DNA of 61,771 nucleotides, taken from the NCBI GenBank assembly GCA_016929015.1, contig JAFGJQ010000043.1, positions 1 to 61,771 of the forward strand, given 5' to 3'. The notes under the pieces were generated by a model. It saw nothing but the letters and a program-made list of their open reading frames with translations. It made no database searches and was not told the origin of the DNA. Origin of the DNA: Phycisphaerae bacterium (GTDB lineage: Bacteria > Planctomycetota > Phycisphaerae > UBA1845). Shown piece by piece: positions 8,825 through 18,449 of the stretch. Position 1 is the stretch's first letter. Every line of letters starts with the position of its first letter. The position numbers and the translations under genes are program-made.

Positions 8825-10279
8825 ATGCGTCGAACACTGCATCAGTGGGGACTCGTGCTGCTCACGGCGGGACTGCTGGGATGGGCCGGTTGTGCGGCTT
8901 CCGGCGGTGGAGGCGGCGGAGGAGGCGGTGCCACCAACAACAATGACAACACCGTCGCCAACGACAACAACGACAACGCGAACGAACCGTCGCCCGGCTT
9001 CGCGGCGTTTTCGGCCAGGGGGTGCACGGCCTGTCATACCAGCGAGTCCAACAACTTCGCGAACAGCACGATCGACGACATCGTCGATACGCTGCTCGGT
9101 GACAAGCCCCACCCCGGCGGCGAGTTCGGCGACCTCACCGAAGAGGAGACCGACCTGATCACCGAGTTTCTGCTGGACGTGATGCTCGGCGACGACGACA
9201 ACGCCAACGACAACGCCGACAACGAGAACGAAAACGACAACGACAACCTGAACGACAACGAAAACGACAACTCGGACGGCGGCGGCGGTGGCGGCGATGA
9301 CGCGGATTACACCGCGGACCAGGTCCAGGCATGGTTCGACCAGGTCTGGACGGATTTCGATCAGGACTACTCCCACTTTGCCGACAAGGGCGTGGACTGG
9401 GACGCCCTGCGAGACCAATACGCCGACCAGTTCAACGTTGCCATGACGGAAAGCGCGTTCCTGGCTCGCCTGTCCGACCTCCTGGCGGAGTTGCGGGACC
9501 TGCACATTTGGATCGAGGACGCCCAGGGCAACGCCACCGCCCCCTATATGCGCACGGCCGAGCAGAACTTCCCCAGCGACAACACCCCGTCGTACTTCCC
9601 GCAGGGGCTCAGCCAGGTGGAAGCCTTCCCCCTGTTCCACGGCTGGCTGGAGAACAACCTCGCATACATCGCCATCGACACTTTCTCAGACAGCGAATGG
9701 GACGGGCTGCGTACCAGCCACCTGGACGGCATGTTCTCCACGTACGCCGCCGCCGACGGAATGGTCATCGACGTGCGCCGCAACAACGGCGGCAACGAGT
9801 TGATCGCCAAGGCACTGGCCGGCTACCTCACCGACACTGCCTACATCTACGGCTACCACCGCCTGCGTAACCCGGGCGACGATCACGCGGATTTCGGCGA
9901 CTGGGTGGAGCACAGCCTCGAGCCGGCGCAGAACCACGTGTTCACCAGCCCGGTCGTATGCCTGATCGGCGAGACGAACATGAGTTCGGCCGAGTGGTTC
10001 GTCCTGATGATTTTCGAGAACCCCGACGGTATCACGCTCATCGGCGATACCACGCGCGGCAGCTCCGGGTCGCCCCAGCCGTTCTCGCTGGATAACGGCC
10101 TCACGTACCACATCCCGAGCTGGGAGGCGTACCGGGCGGACCAGACCACGAAAATCGAAGACGTGGGCGTCCCCCCCACCGCCGGATATGCGATTCCGCC
10201 CGGCGAAGGCACAGACAACAGCTACACCGGCGACCGGGACCTGGTACTTGAGCGAGGCATCGACGCATTGACTCCGTAA
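8825..10279 (+). CDS. secreted or lipoprotein S41-family peptidase with an N-terminal CxxCH segment and Asn/Asp low-complexity linkers
   Basis: Signal/lipobox-like LLTAGLLGWAGC. CTACH is a heme-c-type motif. Low-complexity linkers: poly-Gly and (N/D)n runs. The S41 core shows VIDVRRNNGGNELIAKALAGYL and LIGETNMSSAEWFVL. Confidence 0.7.
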   Translation: MRRTLHQWGLVLLTAGLLGWAGCAASGGGGGGGGGATNNNDNTVANDNNDNANEPSPGFAAFSARGCTACHTSESNNFANSTIDDIVDTLLGDKPHPGGEFGDLTEEETDLITEFLLDVMLGDDDNANDNADNENENDNDNLNDNENDNSDGGGGGGDDADYTADQVQAWFDQVWTDFDQDYSHFADKGVDWDALRDQYADQFNVAMTESAFLARLSDLLAELRDLHIWIEDAQGNATAPYMRTAEQNFPSDNTPSYFPQGLSQVEAFPLFHGWLENNLAYIAIDTFSDSEWDGLRTSHLDGMFSTYAAADGMVIDVRRNNGGNELIAKALAGYLTDTAYIYGYHRLRNPGDDHADFGDWVEHSLEPAQNHVFTSPVVCLIGETNMSSAEWFVLMIFENPDGITLIGDTTRGSSGSPQPFSLDNGLTYHIPSWEAYRADQTTKIEDVGVPPTAGYAIPPGEGTDNSYTGDRDLVLERGIDALTP

Positions 10280-10333
10280 CCACCGTGGGAAACCACGATC
10301 GAGCCCGCGGGCGGTGGTGGAGTGAGCTCCGTG

Positions 10334-11293
10334 TTACGCACCATGCAAAAGCTCCACTGCCGCCCGCTTCAGCAACTGCGTGACCCTGGTCGGGTCCACG
10401 CGCCCGGGTAACAGGCGCGTCGCCGCTTCGGTGGCCGTCGCCAGGGCCCGTCGGTGCGCCTCCCCCGCGTCGTGCCCCTTGAGCCGGGCCGCGATGAACC
10501 CCGCCAGCAGCGCGTCACCGCACCCCACCGTGCTGACCACGTCCTTGGAATCCAACTCCACTTGCCCGATGTAACCACGATCTTCCGTAAACAGGTACCC
10601 CCCGGCCGACCCGCAGCTCACCAGCACGTTATCGACCGTCTCACACAAAGCACGCCCCTCCCGCACCAAATCATCGTCACTGCCCAGCGGCCGGCCGATC
10701 ATGGCATGCAGCTCCTCACGGTTCGGCTTGATCGCCCACAGACGATTCGATCGAACCTCGCGCAGCAGCGGCCCGTCCGCATCAACGGCCACGGCGGCGC
10801 CCCGTCCGATGCACTCCCGGATCAGCGTGCTCAGGTCCGACGGTTCCATGCCCGGCGGAAGCGAGCCGGAGAACACCACCAGCACACGTGCATGGGCCAG
10901 AAGGCCCAGTTTGCGAACCAGCCGATCCACATCGTGTCGCTTCACGTGAAACCCGATGTCACGCACGTGGGTCTCCGTGTTCGCGCGGGGGTCGATCAGC
11001 GTGATGTTCTCTCGCGTATTCCCTTCGACGGCAAGGAATTGTGATTGCACGCCGTCTGACGCCAGACTGTCCTCAAACGCCTGCATCTCCGCCGCACCGA
11101 CAAAACCGGTTGCCACCGGAGGATGCCCCAGGGTGGCCAGCACCCGGGCGACATTCACGCCCTTGCCGGCCGGTGCCCGATACAGACGGCGACCCACTTG
11201 GTGTGCTCCCAGCGTCAGCCCGGGCACCTCGAATAGACAGTCGATCGCCGGATTCACCGTGACCGTCACGACCCGTTCGAATGCGGTTTCCAT
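10334..11293 (-). CDS. PfkB-family sugar(-phosphate) kinase (1-phosphofructokinase/tagatose-6-P kinase type)
   Basis: VTVNPAIDC..., APAGKGVNVARVL and the C-terminal GCGDALLAGFIAA signature of ribokinase/pfkB kinases. Confidence 0.85.
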   Translation of the reverse strand: METAFERVVTVTVNPAIDCLFEVPGLTLGAHQVGRRLYRAPAGKGVNVARVLATLGHPPVATGFVGAAEMQAFEDSLASDGVQSQFLAVEGNTRENITLIDPRANTETHVRDIGFHVKRHDVDRLVRKLGLLAHARVLVVFSGSLPPGMEPSDLSTLIRECIGRGAAVAVDADGPLLREVRSNRLWAIKPNREELHAMIGRPLGSDDDLVREGRALCETVDNVLVSCGSAGGYLFTEDRGYIGQVELDSKDVVSTVGCGDALLAGFIAARLKGHDAGEAHRRALATATEAATRLLPGRVDPTRVTQLLKRAAVELLHGA

Positions 11294-11360
11294 GTGCGAA
11301 CCTCACTACTCCTGCGTCCGGCTCAGTGGACGCCGACGCCCGCCAGCGTACCATGACCGC

Positions 11361-12098
11361 ATGGCCCTGACCAAGGATGAGGCAATCGCCCTGCGGCGAC
11401 TGGATTACTCGGAAACCTCGCAGGTGCTCGTGTTCCTGACCCGCGAGCACGGCAAGGTGCGGGCCATCGCCAAGGGCGTCAAGCGAGGCACGAAGTCACG
11501 GTTTGCCGTGGGGATCGACTTGCTGGAACTCGGACACGTCGTTGTCTCCGCACGGCCGGGCGGAGGGGCGGAGCTGGCCACCGTCACCGAGTGGAAGCAG
11601 GTGCGGTCCATGGCAGGTCTGCGGCAGCGACTCGCACGAATGCATGCCGCCGAGTACGCCGCGGAAGTGACCGCCGCCCTGACCGAAGACTGGGATCCCC
11701 ACCCGCGAGTCTTTGCCGCCCTGGTGGGCTTGCTGGACGACCTGTGCCAGGCGAACCAGGTCTTCGATCGGCTGGTGGATTTCCAGCGCGAGCTTCTGGA
11801 CGAAATCGGCTCGCTCCCGGAGTTCGCCGCGTGCCTGACCTGTGGCCGGATTCCCGAGCCGGACGAGCCCGTCCACTTCTCCTCCTTTGAAGGCGGGTTG
11901 CTCTGCCGCGACTGCGAGCCGGCCCATGTCGAGAAGCGAGAGTTGCTGCACGGCTGTCTGTCGATCCTTCGCGGCCAGCCCGGCCACCCCACGTCCCAGG
12001 TCGCCGCCTTCGACATCCTCAACTATCACATCGCCCACCTGATGGGCCGCAACCCCACCACCGCCCCCGTCCTCCTAGCCACCGCGTCCCCCGCCTGA
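11361..12098 (+). CDS. recO: DNA repair protein RecO
   Basis: MALTKDEAIALRRLDYSETSQVLVFLTREHGKVRAIAKGVKR (OB-fold N-terminus) and a C-terminal zinc motif CLTCG...LLCRDC. The start is the internal ATG of track ORF 10956..12098. Confidence 0.85.
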   Translation: MALTKDEAIALRRLDYSETSQVLVFLTREHGKVRAIAKGVKRGTKSRFAVGIDLLELGHVVVSARPGGGAELATVTEWKQVRSMAGLRQRLARMHAAEYAAEVTAALTEDWDPHPRVFAALVGLLDDLCQANQVFDRLVDFQRELLDEIGSLPEFAACLTCGRIPEPDEPVHFSSFEGGLLCRDCEPAHVEKRELLHGCLSILRGQPGHPTSQVAAFDILNYHIAHLMGRNPTTAPVLLATASPA

Positions 12099-12165
12099 CA
12101 TCGCGGAGCGGGCTGGGGTCGGGAGAGGCAAGCGCGTCCGGCGTTCCGGGGCTGGCATTGGCCAT

Positions 12166-12292
12166 CGCCCATTCGTCATTCGTCATTCGGTCCTGATTCC
12201 CTCCTTGGTGGGACCAGCTTTCTGTGTGGGACCGGCTTTCTGTGTGGGACCGGTTTCCTGTGTGGGACCGGCTTTCCAGCCGGTCTCTGGGG
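12166..12292. repeat. REP-like cluster: (cattcgt)n run, about four tandem 18-bp units gtgggaccRgctttctgt, and a terminal hairpin gaccggct-ttcc-agccggtc
   Basis: Read directly from the sequence. Track ORF 12019..12390 merely translates these repeats (HTGNRSHTESRSHTESWSH). Confidence 0.8.
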
Positions 12293-12413
12293 ATCACGCC
12301 GGTCGTCCCCTCACGCCCTGTGTTCAGGCTCACTGACGGGCCTGGGGCGGAGGGCGGTGAATAGGCACTGCTCAAGGAGCAGTGGCACATGGCGACCCCG
12401 GGGCTTCACGACG

Positions 12414-15400
12414 TCAGTCGAAGAACGGCTGAATCATCGAGAAGTCCTTCAGGTCGACGTCGGTGTCACCATCCGCGTTGGCGCAGGCGCACTCGGTGGC
12501 GTGCGGGACGTCCGGTCCGGCCAGGCAGTCGGCGATCAGCGGCCAGTCGGCGAGATCGACGTTGAAATCGTTGTTGCAGTCGCCGGGGTACGACGGGCCG
12601 GGGCCCAGGTACACATCGCGAATGTCGACGTGCGCCTCGCCGAAGCGAACCGGCTCTTCTTCCTCCACGTACAGCGCGTGCCCGCTGAACATGATCTGCG
12701 CAACCTGCGTGGGGTCGAACAAATCGTCGGCCGCGATGATGTCCAGCGGTGCCTCGATGGTCTGCCACGCGGGATACGGTTCGTCGGGTTGCGGGCCGTA
12801 CAGCGCACCGAGATCCGCGGTGTACCCCATGGAATCGAGCAGCGTCACATAGATCGGGGCGTGGTCGTACGGAGCCGGATACGCCTCGCTCTGGTAGTAG
12901 CGGGCGGCGAAACTCAACATGAGCCCGGGTTCCGTGACGTCGGCCGGATCGTGACAGGCCCATCGTAGATCGATGATCGGTCCGGACCAGGCCTGGCCCA
13001 TCGGGAACAGGACGCGGGTGAACGCGTGCAGGCCGTCGTTGAGAAAGAGCAGTTCGGCGGGCGGCTCAACCTGGATCGCGTCAAGGGTCGGGTCGCTTGG
13101 GTCGTGCAGGTTGATCTGCTGATCCATCGGGAAGACGGCCGGCAGCGGCAGGCCGCCTTCGGCGACAACGGTGGTCACGGCCGAGCTGGACAGCCCATCT
13201 TCGTCGTAGGTCGTCAGTTTGATCTCGGACGAACCGAGCGGCAGCGTGACGACGATGTCGGGATAGTCACCGTCGTAGAGGACCTTGTTGTTGACGGTCC
13301 AGACCCAGCGGGTGATCGGGCCGTCGGGATCGTAGCTGCCGCCGCCGCTGACCGGCGTGGGATACCGCGGGCAGCCCGGCGGGGTCGCCGGCGTCGACGG
13401 CGGCGTGGTGAGCGGCGGGTTCCCGGGGATGCACCACCAGAAGGTGAACGGATCCCAGTTGTCCGGCGCCGAATAGAGCCCGTCATTCAGCACGTCGGCA
13501 TAGAGGTACCAAGGCCCCGCGTAGGGACAATCGTGCACGTGATGCTGGATGGCGCCGCCGCGGCGATTCGTGACGAACAGGCCGCTGGGGGCGATCGGAT
13601 CTCCGTCGTTCTTGGACGGATAGCCGGGCCCGAGCTCGTACCAATAGAGGGACCATTCGTGGAAGGTGCGCGTCCGGCGCGCATTCGTGTCGACGATATA
13701 CACCGGCTCGCCGACGAGGTAGATGTCCTTGTCGACGTGGATGGTGATCTCCAGGTCTGCCGGCCGGAACATGCAGGTTTCCCACTGCTCGGGGTTGTGG
13801 CCGTTGCCGTTGATATCCTCGCCGCCGTCAAAGTCGCTGTCGTCGTCCGAGTCGCAGTCGGCCTCGGAGCGAAGGCCGTCGCCGTCCCAGTCGGAGAACG
13901 ACAGAGCGTCGTTTTCATGGCCGGAATGGTACCGGTCGTGGAAGGTGTAATTGCGGATCTCTTCCTTGTCGGGCACTTCGTCGTCATCGGTATCCTGGTC
14001 GCCGGGCAAGGACTGCAAAGCCCGCGTCGTCTCGTCGAAATCCATCACACCGTCTCCGTCGGAGTCGGTGGTGACGGAGGTTTCCTGCATCCGGCCGGTC
14101 GTGCCCGCGGCGGGCTGCAGCCAGACGGCGTCGAACTGGTTGGTGCGGTGGTGACGCCAATATGGCGTGGGGGACCCGGCGATGACGTAGCTGAACACGT
14201 GCGGATGATAGGGCCCGCGCCACGGGTCATGGGCGTAGACGATTTGGCAGTTGGTTCCGCTCGTCGTCGTGAACTCGAAGTAGAAGGTCGGGACCAGGCA
14301 GTGGCCGGGCACGGCGGCGACGAAGCACTCGCGTTCATCGATCCACTGTTTCATCTGCGCGAAGGTGAAGTTGCCCGCGCCGACGTATTGGTAGTTGATG
14401 GCGGCGCCGTTCAGCGCCCAGGACAGGGTGGTGGTGATTCGTCCGTCGCTGTTTGCCCGGTCATGCCCCAGGTCGCCCTCCGGCTCGGGGCGTTGCGTGT
14501 TCCAGTTCTCGTAGGCGATTCGATCCTGGCTTAAGTCACCGCCGTGTCTGCCGTTGACCATGGCGATGGACGCAGCCCAGCAGTAGTTTCGGCCGTGGCG
14601 GCAGCCGCTGTCGTCCGGGCTCTGGTTCGGGTGGGGCTGGTCCCAGGCGCAGCTTCCGGCTTCCGGACAGCCCGGGCGGGTATGCGCATCCATGTCGTTC
14701 CAGAGGCACAGCAGATTCGTATCCTTGCGCTGATACTTGAACGGGCAGGACCGGCAGAATTGCGCCTCCAGGCTTTCCAGATCCGAGTTCACCACAAACA
14801 TCCACTCGGCGGACCAGGGCGTGAAATCGACGCCGATCTGGGCACGCACGCGCCAGAAGTAAACATTGGTCGGCAGGGTCAGGCCGGGCGTGTACTCGGC
14901 GCCGGGCAGGCCGGTGGCATAAACCAGCGTGGTGGCGAACGTGTAGTCCGTCGCCAACTGGAATTCGTAGGTGGTGGCGCCGGGGAGGGGCATCCAGGTG
15001 AACGTGGCCGGTGTCGTGATGAACACGTCGCGGTTGCTCGGTGACAGTTGAATCGGGTTTTCGACCGGGTAGGCCCGGTGGTGCGCGTAGAGGGAGATGG
15101 GTACGATGCGCCAGTCTTCAGGCAGATTGCGATCGAAGCCGTCGAAGTATCGCGCCAGCGAGTCACCGGTCGTGAGTTGGTTTGTGGGTACGAAAGCGCC
15201 GGCGGTCCACACGCCGGCGGCGACCGCGTGGTCATGGGCGACATCGGGGAGGTAGACGTCGTCGCGGCTCCAGGAGACGAAGTCGACGAGAGTCCCGCTG
15301 CCGGGGGAGCCGTTGTAGAGCGCGCACTCGTCCTCGGTCGGGTCAAATGGCAAGCCGACCGGGCCAAGGAACAACTCCCCGGCACCGTCCGTGAAATCCA

Positions 15401-15734
15401 GTTCGTCGATCCCACCGGTGAGGTAGACCGTAAGGAAGCATCCGCCCGGCAGGTTCAAGGGCGGCAGGACGATGGCCGGCAGGGCATCGCCGCGCGTGAT
15501 CGTCCAGTTGGCCAGATCCACGCTGCCGGGGCCGCTGTTGTACAGCTCGATGCGCGTGGCGGCGCTCCGCAAGTCGTCGCGGCCGAGACTGGCGGGATCG
15601 TAAACGACCTCGTTGAGCAGGACATCGGCCAGCGCGGTCGGGCTGCTCGCGGCCAGCACCAGGGCCAGGGCCAAAAAGGGAATCAGGGCCCGACTCGCTC
15701 CACGCGTGCCGCGCGTCGATTGTCTGCACATCAT
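12414..15734 (-). CDS. ~1,100-aa secreted multidomain protein with LTD, Fn3-like, papain/C39-like, TSP3-type Ca repeat, PKD-like and C-terminal dockerin-type modules
   Basis: Start chosen at MMCRQSTRGTRGASRALIPFLALALVLAASSPTALA (signal peptide). LTD: VLLNEVVYDP...RIELYNSGPGSVDLANWTI. Cys/His protease-like: NYCWAASIAMVNG...VPGHCLV. Ca repeats: DSDGDGVMDFDE, DQDTDDDEVPD, DWDGDGL..DCDSDDDSDFDGGEDINGNG. PKD-like: GGSYDPDGPITRWVW. Dockerin-like: GDCNNDFNVDLADW...ADGDTDVDLKDF. Confidence 0.8.
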   Translation of the reverse strand: MMCRQSTRGTRGASRALIPFLALALVLAASSPTALADVLLNEVVYDPASLGRDDLRSAATRIELYNSGPGSVDLANWTITRGDALPAIVLPPLNLPGGCFLTVYLTGGIDELDFTDGAGELFLGPVGLPFDPTEDECALYNGSPGSGTLVDFVSWSRDDVYLPDVAHDHAVAAGVWTAGAFVPTNQLTTGDSLARYFDGFDRNLPEDWRIVPISLYAHHRAYPVENPIQLSPSNRDVFITTPATFTWMPLPGATTYEFQLATDYTFATTLVYATGLPGAEYTPGLTLPTNVYFWRVRAQIGVDFTPWSAEWMFVVNSDLESLEAQFCRSCPFKYQRKDTNLLCLWNDMDAHTRPGCPEAGSCAWDQPHPNQSPDDSGCRHGRNYCWAASIAMVNGRHGGDLSQDRIAYENWNTQRPEPEGDLGHDRANSDGRITTTLSWALNGAAINYQYVGAGNFTFAQMKQWIDERECFVAAVPGHCLVPTFYFEFTTTSGTNCQIVYAHDPWRGPYHPHVFSYVIAGSPTPYWRHHRTNQFDAVWLQPAAGTTGRMQETSVTTDSDGDGVMDFDETTRALQSLPGDQDTDDDEVPDKEEIRNYTFHDRYHSGHENDALSFSDWDGDGLRSEADCDSDDDSDFDGGEDINGNGHNPEQWETCMFRPADLEITIHVDKDIYLVGEPVYIVDTNARRTRTFHEWSLYWYELGPGYPSKNDGDPIAPSGLFVTNRRGGAIQHHVHDCPYAGPWYLYADVLNDGLYSAPDNWDPFTFWWCIPGNPPLTTPPSTPATPPGCPRYPTPVSGGGSYDPDGPITRWVWTVNNKVLYDGDYPDIVVTLPLGSSEIKLTTYDEDGLSSSAVTTVVAEGGLPLPAVFPMDQQINLHDPSDPTLDAIQVEPPAELLFLNDGLHAFTRVLFPMGQAWSGPIIDLRWACHDPADVTEPGLMLSFAARYYQSEAYPAPYDHAPIYVTLLDSMGYTADLGALYGPQPDEPYPAWQTIEAPLDIIAADDLFDPTQVAQIMFSGHALYVEEEEPVRFGEAHVDIRDVYLGPGPSYPGDCNNDFNVDLADWPLIADCLAGPDVPHATECACANADGDTDVDLKDFSMIQPFFD

Positions 15735-16096
15735 GTTTGGCTCCTTGGTTGCGGCCGAATCCGTGAAGTGGTTCGGCCAACGCGCTTCTTTCGGCCGGCA
15801 AGATGATTGGGGGGAGCCTGCTTGGCTTGCTTGAAATGCCCTTCCCCGCCAAATCCCCCACCGACCTACACGTGCACCCCCGATCAACGCAGAGACAGAA
15901 CGGCAACCGCTGAGAGTATTGTCTCAAAAGGTGCGTGCGTGTTCAAGTGGGATGAAAAGGTCTGACACATTGAATGCCTGGGACCCGATACGAATAAGCC
16001 AATTGGCGCGTTTCTCGACGAGCCCGACCGAATCGTTCGCCGTCGTTGGCTGTCATGGCTTGGGAAAGGCGGTTCCTGACCGGCTGGTCTCCGCAG

Positions 16097-16167
16097 GCGA
16101 CTCGCCGGGGCGAGAAAGCCGGTCCCACAGAAAAAGCCGGATCCACAACAGAGGCGGGTTCCACACC
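16097..16167. repeat. REP-like cluster, inverse orientation of the 12208-12290 units
   Basis: gcgactcgccggggcga + gaaagccggtcccacag + aaaaagccggatccacaacag + aggcgggttccacacc. The second unit is the reverse complement of ctgtgggaccggctttc at 12222-12243. Confidence 0.75.
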
Positions 16168-16214
16168 ATGAGCGGCGTCAATCGGGATCTAAGATGGAGC
16201 GCACGACGACTCAC

Positions 16215-16652
16215 TCAGAAATGCAGTTGTGGGGAGTCGGTGAAGCAGGCGGAGATGCGCCAGCGGGCCGAACTGGCGGAGGGCGAGGCCGGCTCCACAC
16301 GCACGACCTGGCCCTCGGTGTGCACGCGGCCTGGGTAGGGGGAATGGCCGTCACCGGGGGGTACCAGCAGATCGACCGTCAGGCGGGTGCCGAGGGCGAG
16401 GCCGGGGCAGTCCGTCTCGAAGTTCACGCCGCCGCTGCTCACGTCGCGGCATACGGAGCGATGGACCGGCTCCGAGATGCCGTTCTCGCCGTTAACTCGA
16501 TACTCCAACGGCAGCCGAATGGCCAATCGTCGATGCCTGCGCCTGTCTGCGTCGCACATGGCCGACTCTCGAAATGCCCGCTCCCCCGCATGACGCAAGG
16601 CTGTTGCCATGCTCTGCTTATCGGCTGACAGGAACGGTGCCATCCCGCACAA
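16215..16652 (-). CDS. PilZ-domain protein (putative c-di-GMP receptor); start codon uncertain
   Basis: It carries the RxxxR and D/NxSxxG signature of PilZ: DRRRHRRLAIRL ... RDVSSGGVNF. Alternative starts lie at 16610 and 16559. Confidence 0.7.
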   Translation of the reverse strand: MCGMAPFLSADKQSMATALRHAGERAFRESAMCDADRRRHRRLAIRLPLEYRVNGENGISEPVHRSVCRDVSSGGVNFETDCPGLALGTRLTVDLLVPPGDGHSPYPGRVHTEGQVVRVEPASPSASSARWRISACFTDSPQLHF

Positions 16653-16904
16653 TTCAGGATCGGTCTCTGGTGAATCATCAGTAAGGGCTGCCGGAATGGG
16701 CTGTTATGGGACTTATCCACAGGGAGGTCCGGTCGATCGGACGAAACCGGCGTTAGCAGACGTTGACGGCCGACAACACGGTTGGGTCGTCTGTGTGGCG
16801 TTTCGCCAATGAGAGGAAGGCCCCAGCCGCCGCTTCGCGGAATCACGCCCATACCCGTACAATGCCCCCACCGGCCGGCAGCGGGTCGGAACTGGCGGAA
16901 CGAA

Positions 16905-18449
16905 ATGGCAAAGCTGATCGCATCCGTAACGGGGAGCACGCTGGAAGCCCTCCGGCCTCTGGGCGAACAAGCCCTTGCGGCCGGTGCTGACCTGATCGAG
17001 CTGCGGCTGGACGGGCACGGCTCGCCCGGCCCGTCGTTTCGGGAATGGGTGGCCGGCCTGCCGGCAGGCCGGTGGATTGTCACGTGCCGATCAACCGCGG
17101 AAGGAGGCGCCTCGGATGCGCCGGCAGAGGCCCGTGCCCGGCTGCTGGCGGACCTGGCGGGCGAAGGCCGGGGGATTGTCGATTTCGAGTATGCGGCGTG
17201 GCGGGCGTCCGCAGCGGCTCGCGAATGCTTGGAACGGGTGCGTTCGGCGGGTCTTTCGGGCAAGCCGAGATTGATCCTTTCGTCGCACCACTTCGAGGGC
17301 CGACCGGTTGATGCAGCCGGGCTTTTGCGGGAAATCGCAGCGGTCGGCGGCGTAGTACCGAAAGTCGCCTGGATGTCGCAGAGCATCTGCGACAGTCTGG
17401 AGGCACTGGAGTTGGCGCGGCGGGCGCCGGTGCCGGGCATCGTCATCTGCATGGGTGAGGCGGGGCTGCCTTCGCGCGTATTGGCCGGCAAGGTGGGTGC
17501 GTACGGAACGTATTGTGCGGCGGCATCCGGCGGCGAGACAGCGCCGGGGCAGGCTTCGCTTGCTCAGATGCGTGAGGTTTTCCAATGGGGATCGATCAGG
17601 GCCTCTACACGCGTGTTCGGTGTCATCGGGTGGCCGGTGGGCCACTCCATGAGCCCGCTGCTGCACAACTCCGCGTTTGCGCGGGCCGGCGTGGACGCCG
17701 TGTATCTGCCGCTGGCCGTGGATCCAGTCGGTGAAGTGCTGGAGTCGTTTCTCGACAGGTGTCTGCACGCGGACTGGCTGAACGTGGGTGGGTTCAGCGT
17801 TACCGTGCCGCACAAGGGCCGCGTGCCGGCGTACCTGGGGGGCGCCGCGGACAAGCTGGCACAGCAGATCGGGGCTGTCAACACGCTGATCGTGCAGGAT
17901 GGAAAGTACCGCGGCTACAACACGGACTATTCCGGTGCGTTAGGCGCGTTGATCGAGGAGTTGGGGCCGGACCGGGCGTGCCTGAGAGACACAGCGGTGG
18001 ACGTGCTGGGCGCGGGCGGCGCCGCGCGAGCGGTGGTGGCGGGCCTGCGATCGTGCGGCGCTCGCGTTACGCTGAGCAACATCGTACATGACGACACCGT
18101 TCATCTTGCAGACGAGTTTGCCTGCGAGGTCCGGCCCTGGGCTGAACGTGGCCAGGGGCGAGGTGCCGTCCTGATCAACTGCACGAGCGTGGGGATGTGG
18201 CCGGAGGTGGATGCCACACCGATGCCGCCGGAATCCCTGCCGCGGTATGCGGCCGTGTTTGACGTGGTGTATAACCCATTAGAAACAAGGTTGTTGCGTG
18301 ACGCAGCGGCCGCGGGGTGCCGCACGATTCGGGGGGTCGAGATGTTCGTTCACCAGGCGGCGGAGCAATTCCGGCTCTGGACCGGGCGGGAGGCAGACGT
18401 GGGGTTGATGCGGCAGTTGGTGATTGGGGAGTTGACCCGTCATGGCTGA
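16905..18449 (+). CDS. aroDE: bifunctional 3-dehydroquinate dehydratase (type I) / shikimate 5-dehydrogenase
   Basis: N-terminal half: MAKLIASVTGSTLEALR...ADLIELRLDG (AroD type I). C-terminal half: VFGVIGWPVGHSMSPLLHNSAF...SVTVPHK...NTDYSG...VLGAGGAARAV (AroE). Confidence 0.9.
   Translation: MAKLIASVTGSTLEALRPLGEQALAAGADLIELRLDGHGSPGPSFREWVAGLPAGRWIVTCRSTAEGGASDAPAEARARLLADLAGEGRGIVDFEYAAWRASAAARECLERVRSAGLSGKPRLILSSHHFEGRPVDAAGLLREIAAVGGVVPKVAWMSQSICDSLEALELARRAPVPGIVICMGEAGLPSRVLAGKVGAYGTYCAAASGGETAPGQASLAQMREVFQWGSIRASTRVFGVIGWPVGHSMSPLLHNSAFARAGVDAVYLPLAVDPVGEVLESFLDRCLHADWLNVGGFSVTVPHKGRVPAYLGGAADKLAQQIGAVNTLIVQDGKYRGYNTDYSGALGALIEELGPDRACLRDTAVDVLGAGGAARAVVAGLRSCGARVTLSNIVHDDTVHLADEFACEVRPWAERGQGRGAVLINCTSVGMWPEVDATPMPPESLPRYAAVFDVVYNPLETRLLRDAAAAGCRTIRGVEMFVHQAAEQFRLWTGREADVGLMRQLVIGELTRHG

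Noticed and set aside
7117-9640. Minus-strand ORFs 7117-8634 (505 aa) and 8318-9640 (440 aa)
   Set aside because: They are antisense to xylB and to the S41 peptidase. They have no motifs, and their low-complexity V/G/R runs mirror the N/D-rich codons of the sense strand.
12208-12290. Possible CRISPR array (also considered for 60671-60727 and 60940-61000)
   Set aside because: The units are contiguous tandem repeats of 9-19 bp without spacers, and no cas genes are in the window.
12019-12390. 123-aa ORF with HTGNRSHTESRSHTESWSH
   Set aside because: It merely translates the tandem 18-bp REP units and has no RBS or start context.
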